This document shows, piece after piece, positions 55,472 through 64,000 of a stretch of DNA of 64,000 nt (position 1 is its first letter; each line of letters begins with the position of its first letter). The notes under the pieces are model-generated. The model made no database searches, was not told the origin of the DNA, and worked only from the letters and a program-made list of their open reading frames with translations. A program made the translations under genes and the position numbers. This DNA comes from the human T2T-CHM13v2.0 reference genome, Homo sapiens: assembly GCF_009914755.1 (NCBI RefSeq), contig NC_060926.1. One strand, given 5' to 3'.

Positions 55472-57944
55472 GACAATTACTTATGTGCACCAAACACACA
55501 CTCACTGTCTCTCTCAACCCATAACTCACTGCAGCCAGGTTCCTACTCACACCGCAGCCTCAGTTTCTCTTATGCTTCTGCCGTCCCCTGTGAAGACCAC
55601 ACCCAGCCACCCTGCAGCGTTTGTGCCCCTCCGCTGCTCCGAACGGCTGAGCCCCTCGGGATGCCTCCGAGTAGATGAAGCTTCCTCATGCCACTGCGTC
55701 CTTCCTCTCCATCCTCCTTCATCCGGAGGTCTCTGCTATGTCGTTTCTGGGTTTGCCATTTCATTAGAACTGTTTCTCCAGTGCTTTCCTAGATGAGGCA
55801 CTTAGGTGATAAACTCACTGAGGTTTTATGTATCTTCAAATACCTTCTGCTCCTAACACTTCGACAATCTCTTTATTGAGAACAGGGGTTCCTGGGGTGC
55901 AGTCTTTTGCTCTTCCACTGCTTTTAGCTTGCAGTGTTGTAGATGAGAAGCCTGAGACCATTCTGATTGTTTTGCTTTTTTAGGTAACATATTCCTTTTG
56001 ACTGAAAAATGGTTGACTTTTCTTTTTCCTCAATGCAGAAAGTACAGCACTTATAATTTTCCATTCCATTTTATTTAGTAAAATTTGTATACAATAAAAT
56101 GGATCCATTTTAAAAAGTACATGTTTTGACATGTTTATACATCTATGTATTCATTAAAATTTCCATCACTATCCCAGTCAACTCGGTGGCCCCTGACAAC
56201 GACTGGTCTGATTTCCATCACTATGGATGCAATTTGTTGTTTCTGGAGTGTCACACAAAGGGAAGAATACAGTGTGTATGCAGAGTTCGGAGGCTGTTAC
56301 CATGACATAGCACAGAGGGCATCTTTTCTCATCAGCTGAACCTAGAACTCCGTGAGCCCTTCCATGCCTACTCTGCAGGCGTCCCCCAACTCAGGGGAGA
56401 GTTCCGATATGTAATGACTGCCCTTCCTCCATCTGTGATTTTCCGCGCTCCTGTAACTTGTTACTCTCAGATCAGATCTCCTGGGCCCGACCCCCAAGCC
56501 TCCTGCATTCCGTCGGCGTCGGCCTCTTTCCCGCTCTGCTGTGTCTGCCTAGCTGTTTCTCACCCTTTTCCTTCCTCGGGTCAGCGTCTGCATCAAGAGT
56601 GAGTCTTCAATCGTCTGCCGGATGTTTTCATGATGCGGGCCAATTTTGAAGCTCCTGGACTTCGTTCGCGCCCTGGAATTGGGATCTTCTCACGTGCCCT
56701 GTGGGTTTTGATCTCAGGTGTTCGTGGGCCTCCTCCCACGCTCCGTTTCGCTGGCCACGTGGGTGGACGGCTCCCTCTGACCTTCCTCACCTGACAATAC
56801 CCAGGCGCTCCCTCCACCCCCTTCTATGCCCACCCGGCCAGATGGAACGTTCTTTTTTTCCCACCTTTGTCAGCAATTTGGGGCACAGGTCTATTGCTGC
56901 AATGTCCTTAATGCCCAACAGGTTAAAGACAACAATAACAACTAAGGGATCCGCCCCCACCCGCTTAAAGGTTCTCAGCCCCTCCGAGGCCCCTAAGGAA
57001 CTCTCCTTGCCCTCCTCCCCTCAAGGACAGAGAAGACTCCACCCGCCCACTCGCCTCCCTCTGGGAGGTCACGTGGCCTTCACATCCCCTTCCTCAGACC
57101 AGCTTCCCGCTCACAGGGTCAGAGGCGGTGGCCCCTGAACCATCCAACCGCAGGGCCGGAGGCCTTGTGTCACTCAGCCAGTGGCCGCAGCAGTAACGTG
57201 GCTCTGCAGAGGAGCTGGAGAGGAGACGGGGACTCTCCAGGCCCAGGTGCGCCCTGGGCACCCTCCCAATCTTCCTCCTCACCACTGGGAGGATGTGGCA
57301 CTCTCTTCTCTTACAATATACACATGGTTTCTATTTGCAGACTTTTCTAAGTGACCGGTGACTGACAGTCTATGCTATTTACAGATACCTTGTGGAAAAA
57401 TAAACACAGTCTGCTCCTCAAGGTAAAGTTGGCATTTTAATAAAGAATGAGAAAATAGGGGGGATTTTTTTAAAGAAAATAATTCAGTGGAGATTGCACT
57501 TTAAAAACAGAGGCTTTAAAACATTTTCCACTGTTATATAATTTTGTGGCTTAAAACAATATTTGTCTTCTACAGAAATTCTTATATATGGACACTTTAA
57601 AAATTTAAGGACAGAATTTTTTTCAATCTGTTCGAAAATCTTCCAAATGAAGGATCCTAGTGAGTTTTAAATATGTTTGTTAAAAACTTTTAAATACAAC
57701 TCCTCCCAATTAATTTGCAAGAGCAAATTATTAACATCAGGGAAGATGGGCACTGACTGGACAAAATTTGAACAAAATCTTTTGCATAATTGGTGGATGG
57801 AATTGAAAAGTTACAGCATATTTAATAAGTACAGCCTTCTTTTATTTGGATCTACATGACTTTGTAAGCAATTTCTTTCCAGCAGTGATTGTCATTAAAA
57901 CCAAGTTACAAAATAAAATGAACTTAGACCTTTGGATTTTGGGG

Positions 57945-58249
57945 TTTTTATTTATTTATTTATTTTTTGAGACAGGATCTTGCTCTGTCGCCCAGGCTGT
58001 AGTGCAGTGGTGTGATCACAGCTCACTGCAGCCTCAACTTTCTGGGCTCAAGCAATCCTCCCACCTCAGCCTCCGAGTAGCTAGGACCACAGGTGTGTGC
58101 CACCGTGCCCAGCTAATTTTAAAATTTTTTGTAGAGATGGGGTTTCACCGTGTTGCCCAGGCTAGTCTCAAACTCCTGAGCTCAAGCGATCCTCCCACCT
58201 CTGCCTCCCAAAGTGCTGGGGTTGCAGGCATGAACCACCGTGCCCAGCC
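57945..58249 (-). mobile_element. AluJ
   Basis: Antisense Alu; flanking agacctttg(g/a)at repeat at 57927 and 58256. Confidence 0.95.
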
Positions 58250-58344
58250 AGAAACAGACCTTTGAATCACTATGTCACAAACTATTAAAGCAGCCATAAT
58301 AACACTGCTCACACTAATGGTAAATTTCTCTGGTTTGTGTTTTG

Positions 58345-58686
58345 TTTGTTTGATTTTCGGTGGTTTTTGTTGTTGTTGTTGTTTTTGTTTTGTTTTGTTT
58401 TTTGAGATGAAGTCTCTCACCCAGGCTGGAGTGCAGTAGCGTGGGCTTGGCTCACAGCAACCTCCTGTCTCCCAGGTTCAAGCAATTGTCCTGCCTCAGC
58501 CTCCCAAGTAGCTGGGACCACAGGTGCAAAAATTAGCCACCACACCTGGCTATTTTTTGTATTTTTAGTAGAGTTGGAGTTTCTCTATGTTGGCCAGGCT
58601 AGTCTTGAACTCCTGACCTCAAATGATCTGCCCGCCTCTGCCTCCCAAACTGCTGGGACTACAGGTATGAGCCACGGCGCCCGGCC
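58345..58686 (-). mobile_element. AluS with (TTG/TTTTG)n tail
   Basis: Antisense Alu ending gagccacggcgcccggcc; TSD-like tggt(t/c)tgtgtttt. Confidence 0.95.
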
Positions 58687-58757
58687 CTTTGGTCTGTGTT
58701 TTTCTAAAGTGCATTAGTACAGTAGTGCAGTAGTATACATATATCATAAACAAACAC

Positions 58758-59320
58758 TGTGTGCTGGTATCAGTTTATTACCATTCAGCTCCAACTCTGC
58801 CCTCCTTGGACCTGCCCTGTGATGCGGGAGCTGGGCTGTGAATGTGGCTCCTTTGCAAGCTGGCAGCGCCAGGCTTCATCCATGGAGGGTACTGGGGGTG
58901 CTGTCAGGCATGGCAGAGGAAGGGGCCTATCTCCGGGTTCCACGTCCCTCCCAGCTTGTTCCTGCAGCACGGCAGCCGGCAAGGCATGGGACGCCCAGGA
59001 CGTTCACCCCAGTGGGCATCAAGGGCACCACCATGTGGGTGGTTCCCCAGCAAGTTCCACTGGCCCCCACAGGACAGCTTCCCAGCGGGTTCCATTGGCA
59101 TCCAGAGGGTGTCTTCCACAGGGATTTCAGCAGCTCCACTCCCGAGGTGGCCTCGCTGGGAGCTCTACAGTCACCCTGGTCCTGCTGCTGACCTGGCGAG
59201 CCGCTTCCCAGGGGAATTTCCAAGTACCCTAGAAGGCAGGCGCTCAGCTTCTGCCTGAGAGGTTGTAGCTGCTGCCCGTATCTCAGATTCCTGTACTCTC
59301 TAGGGTTCCTTAGGGCAAAC
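58758..59320. mobile_element. Possible ancient ERVL LTR (LTR33/41-like)
   Basis: Weak recalled similarity of tgtgctggtatcagtttatt...ctgccctgtgatgcgggagctggg...ttgcaagctggc. Confidence 0.4.
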
Positions 59321-60080
59321 TTTACCCTTTCAAATGACTCTGAGACTCCTGTTGGAGCAGCTGCTTTGGAGGGACATGGATTTGTCTGGTTGCTTACTGG
59401 TGGGTTTCCTTAAGACGGGTTTCCTTTTTGTGCAATGTGTGATTTTTGTGTCAGAAAGTGGCTGGCCTCTTGCAGTGGTTTTGCCTTTAAATTGACATTC
59501 GTTATTATACCTTCAGCTCAGGAAAATGATCTTCAGTCATTTCTGATTGTTCATTGGGCCCAGCTGTTGCTCGCACTTCCCCACAGCGCCTCTGTCTGTG
59601 CAGCTTTAGCAGGAAGCGTGTGAGAGAGGGGCAGGCGCAGGTGCAGAGGATGGAGCCACGGACCGACTAGCCCATGGGCTCTTCCAGGGTCCACGTGAAC
59701 TGATCTGGGCAGCAGGAGGGGAGTCGGGTTTAAGAGGAATGGATGGGGCTCAGGTAGCAAAGTCTCAGGGAAGACAGCGCTGCAGACCTGCCCCGGGGCA
59801 GCCAGAATCCAGGACCACCACCGGAGGCAGCTACTCACCAGCCTCCACCCAACAGCCATGGGCGCCAGGCCTCCCACACCCAAGCACAGCTTCCTCCAGG
59901 GCTTGAGAAGCAGCCAGAATGGAGGGGGCCACAGAGAAAGCTGCAACCCCCTCCAAAGACCATGCTAGGAACACCAGGAACCACTGTGGACCTGGTGCCC
60001 AGGCTGGTCCAGGGCCATCCTCCCTCCCAACTGTGGAGGAGAACAGGAAGACATAGACCAACCACTCCTGGCAAGGGTGA

Positions 60081-60500
60081 GTCGGATGCTGCTGGGTGCT
60101 GGTGGGTGCTGCTTGGTACTGCTGCATGCTGCTGGATACTGATGAGTGCTGCTGGGTACTATCATGTGCTGATGAATACTATTGGATACTGATGGGTGCT
60201 ACTGGAGGCTGCTGGGTACTGCTGAGTGCTGATGGGTTCTGCTGGGTATATTGGGTACTTCTGGGTATGACTGGATACTATTGGGTACTGATGAGTACTG
60301 ATGGGTGCTACTGGCTACTGATGGGTACTGCCAGGTGCTGCTGGGTACTGATGAATATTGCTGGGTACTGAGAGGTGCTGCTGGGTACTGATGGGTACTG
60401 TTGAGTACTGCTGGGTACTCCCAGGTGCTGCTGGTTACTGATGTGTACTGGTGAGTACTGCTAGGTACTCATGGGTATGGCTGGGTGCAGCCAAGTACTG
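60081..60500. repeat. Degenerate 10-bp tandem array, consensus G(C/A)TGGGTACT, ~40 copies
   Basis: Units gctgggtact, gatgggtact, gatgagtact and gccaggtgct in a nearly unbroken 10-bp register. Confidence 0.93.
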
Positions 60501-61359
60501 CCAGTTGCCATTTTCTTTTGGTCCACGAGGTGATTTAAACAGTAACACACCTGCAGGGTATCAAGCTTGGCCCCAATAAAAGCAGTTCCGTTCCGTTGGC
60601 TGGGACCTGTCCTCTGCAGGCGTCCGGGTTGTCAGGCCCTGCATGCAGTGTCTTCTCAAGATGGCACATCTGAGCCATTAGCAAATGCACTGCAGACCAT
60701 TATCTCCTAGGCCAGCACCCATGGCCTGGGAGGTGCTGGTGGATGTTCCCCCAAAATTGCGGAGGGTGGTAGGGGAGGCCAGAGACTTGGCCAAAAAAGT
60801 TTGGGAGATTCCTCAAGCTATGTCCCTGGGGGCTCACCCAGGCTCAGCCCAGCACACCAAATGTTCAGAGAAGCCTGCCTTGCTGCAGGGCCTGGGCTCG
60901 ACTTCCGGGGCAATGCTCAGCCACGGTCAGGTCCAGGAATACAGAGTGATCCATCGAGGCCTCTCCCTGGGAGACAAGCTTGTGTCGGGGCACCCCTGTG
61001 CTAGCTGGAGGCCAGGACAGAAATTCTGTGTGCTATCCACCAGGCCACGCTGCCTGCCCTGGGGACGAGATGGCTCAGCTGCAGACACAGTTCTGAGACA
61101 GACCCTTTTATGCACCACCTCCTCCTAGGAGCACTTGTTCCAGCCAACACGCATCGTTAATCTCAAGTCATTGTAAGCTGCTCAGTGAAGGATTTCCACT
61201 TTTGGGATTCGGATGATTCATAAAAGTGACAGGACTCTCCCTTCCGAAGGAGAGCGACGCATTAAGAACTTGACTTATGGAAGCAAATCCAGACGTACAT
61301 AATTTTTCTGCTAAAATTGGGATGGGGGAGGATTAGATATGACCTCAAAGTTGCTTCAT

Positions 61360-61365
61360 TTTATT
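61360..61365 (-). terminator. Candidate polyadenylation signal AATAAA for a minus-strand transcript entering from the right edge
   Basis: TTTATT on + at the boundary of an AT-rich unique block (61340-61850) that is U-rich on the minus strand; no recognisable repeats from there to 64000. Confidence 0.4.
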
Positions 61366-64000
61366 CCTCAAAAACAGACACTTATATGACTGATTTTAAA
61401 GCCCCTTTTTAAAAATAATGGGAAACTTATATGTATATAAAGTTCCAATGAAAAGCTTAAAAAAGGAAACTAAACAATTTGAATTTTCAGTGCTACAGGG
61501 ATAGTAATACAAATTATGGGATCTCTGCAAAAAATGCTAGGCAGTCCTTAAAAATAATAAATATATTTACTAGACACAGGTAAAAAGCACTGTGAACGTG
61601 TTAAACACAAACATGAGATACACAGCACCAATGGCTCACATTTGCTGGGGAATCAGGAACTCCAGCCACGAAGGCAGGCGGCCCAGTGCGGACTCAGGCT
61701 CGGGCACCCTCCACCTTGCTATCTTGGGATGCTATTTAGACGGTGAGATTCCGAGTGAAACCTGCTTTAATTTCTTTTTATAATGGCTTAAATTCGATTT
61801 AATACCAAATGAGTGAATAAAGTAGGGTTTTTTTTTTTTTTAGAAATGGGAGTTGCTTCTGATTCTTCGGTAAAACAGGCTATTCTAAGTAGTTTTCCCC
61901 AAGGTCCACCCATGGACGAGCTCCTGGAGGGATCCAGGTGTGACCACTCCTCCCCAGGGAAGCCTGTGCTGGCTTTGTTAGGTCGCCCCCCAGCTCCCAT
62001 ACCAATGGGCACACCCTGCAGGGACCTGGGAGGGGTAGCAATGGGATTCACAGCCTTTTCCAGCCCAACCAAGGGAGCTGCCTACTTGTTCCACCCTCGC
62101 AGCCTGGGGGTTTCAGTCCATGTTCCATGGACCCTTACCCAGCCCATGCCTACCTCAGGGAGGACAATCCTAGTTGGGCAGGGGTGGGGCAAGGGCCCTT
62201 GGCTGCCAGCCCCCCATCCCCCTTAGCAGCCTGTGCACGTCATGCTTTTGTTCAGTCTCCTTTTTAAGGAATGGTTCCACCGCTGGGAGGAAATGATTTT
62301 TGAGATCTGTTGGTGTGGCTGGAAAAGCACTGAGCTTGGAGTCCAGGGACCCGGGTACAGCATGGCAGGGCCACCTGTGGCAGTGTGGCCAGGGCCTTGG
62401 CCCCTGCTGCCTGGAGACTGTGTTCTTCAGGAGGCAGGAGGAGGGGTTGCTGAGTGCTGTGAGCACAGACTCATGTGTGTGGGGGCGCTTGGCTCGAATC
62501 TACCTGAGGAACTCGGTGTGGGGGCAGCTTGGAGAAGTGGAGATGGGATGGGCATCTTTAAACACGAGTGGCAGACCCCTGGGAGGGAAAAGCTCTTGCT
62601 GTGTGGGGTGCCAAGGGGCAACACTGGTGGGCAGTACCAGAGAGGAGCCTTGTTTCCTATTAAACTGGGATCTCTGGCAACCGAGAGGTGCCTGGGGGTG
62701 CTGCAAGGCCCCCGTCAACAGGAGTCGGAAGCAGGGGTTCGCATTAGGAAGACAGAGGGACCCCTGCAGGACTTACCTCCTCCTGTGATGGGGGCGCACT
62801 CCAAAGCCCTGTCACTCTGCCTGTGTCACTGTGACAACCGTGGACCCATGGACCCATAGGGAGGAAAGATCCCCGAGGATTTGGGGCTGTGCCGGGCTCC
62901 TGCCACATATTGAGCAGACATCAAGGATGCTCTGCTGCTTCTTTAAAGGAAAATAGAGCTGGGAGCGTGGTGCCCCAGGGAGGGGTGCGGCTCACACGCA
63001 CAAGAGGCCCTGGGTGGGGAGCACCATCCCCCTTTGCTCTCTGGCTCATGGCCCTGCGGGAGCTGGCTGGGAAGCCACGCCGGCCACCCTGCGTGGGGTG
63101 CACGGCCCCCTCCCTGGCAGGCAGCTGCAGCACACTCCCAGGTTGATGAGGATTTGTTAAAGTCGCACTATTTTTTTCCGCCTACTTTCTTCCCATGGAC
63201 CTCCCTCTCCTCCTCGAAGTGAGAGTCCAGGGCCAGCGGGCTGAGCCCCTGCGGCCTTCTGCACAGCTGCCTCCAAGAGCCCCACATACACACCACATTC
63301 GTTCCGCCATATATGGCCTCCCGTGCCTTCCCTCGCCTCTCCCCCATCCTCTCTCTCTCCTAGGAGGAAATTTGGCCCTTGTCTTGACTGTCGCTTTTTC
63401 GCGAGGATGTCAGAAATCTGGCTGGAGATCCCGGCAGCCTCCCCCGTCCCCTGTCCCTGCCTACGCCGGCATTCCATCGCATCCCTGCGTCTGGCTTTAT
63501 CTCCAGTGCTGAGCCCTGCGACCTCATGTTCTGGGCACCAGTGTCTGCTGGACTTAACAGCCTGCAAAGGAGGACCCTGGCCACGGATGTGTGGCTTGAC
63601 CCAGAGCTTTGGCCACAGGAGGCATCCCTGCTCCCAGCACCCACCTCCTCCCATCTATCCACAGCCTTGCAAGATTCCTATCTAATCAGATACTGCCCTT
63701 TATCCCTCCAGAGCAATTGCATAGGACAGGACGCTGGAATCTGTTCATGTGTGATGTCATTGCTTGGTCAGCAGCCTCAGAGCCTGATAATTGCCAGTAT
63801 TGATCCTGTAAACACTTCAGGACATCACAAAGGATCGAGGGAAGACCTTTTTAAATAGGTCAAGCAGTCCCTCTGCAGGAGGACCACCTCTGCAGGGCGG
63901 CTCCCGGAGGCCAGGGAACAGCAGTGAGGGCCCTGCCACAGGACCCAAAGGGGGCTGAGCCTGCTCGGGTGCCCGCCACCCTCCAGGCAGGCCCCCAAGC

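Larger units (their letters stand above)
57340..58760 (+). mobile_element. hAT-Charlie transposase 3' remnant interrupted by two Alus
   Basis: Fragments LHNWWMELK, LLLFGST and VIKTKLQNKMNL resemble the Buster/Charlie hAT C-terminal dimerisation region. Confidence 0.65.

Noticed and set aside
59962-60371. C/W-rich ORFs as a small cysteine-rich protein
   Set aside because: They are translations of the 10-bp tandem array.

Overview
This is primate genomic DNA (human-like; the HERV-W, Alu and L1PA content implies a simian, probably catarrhine, genome). It is intergenic, and I can support no intact cellular protein-coding gene in it. Much of the window is transposon-derived: a ~6 kb L1PB-type LINE with an open endonuclease frame, older L1M pieces, about ten Alus, MaLR/ERVL/MER4 LTRs, a piggyBac MER75, a mariner MADE1, hAT remnants, and an L1-retroposed, 5'-truncated, internally deleted HERV-W processed copy. 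Unique sequence includes an orphan CpG-rich island (~32.7-34.7 kb) flanked by homeodomain/forkhead motif clusters, a strong CTCF motif, several minisatellites, a long polypyrimidine tract and a possible minus-strand 3' UTR end near 61.36 kb. I found no convincing new multi-gene system. The most notable items are a perfect 31-bp-stem hairpin inside an ancient L1, the HERV-W retrocopy, a nested transposon stack with readable target-site duplications (TSDs), and several small template-switch scars. Repeat subfamily names come from recalled consensus sequences and need RepeatMasker/Dfam confirmation. Boundaries without a TSD are approximate.
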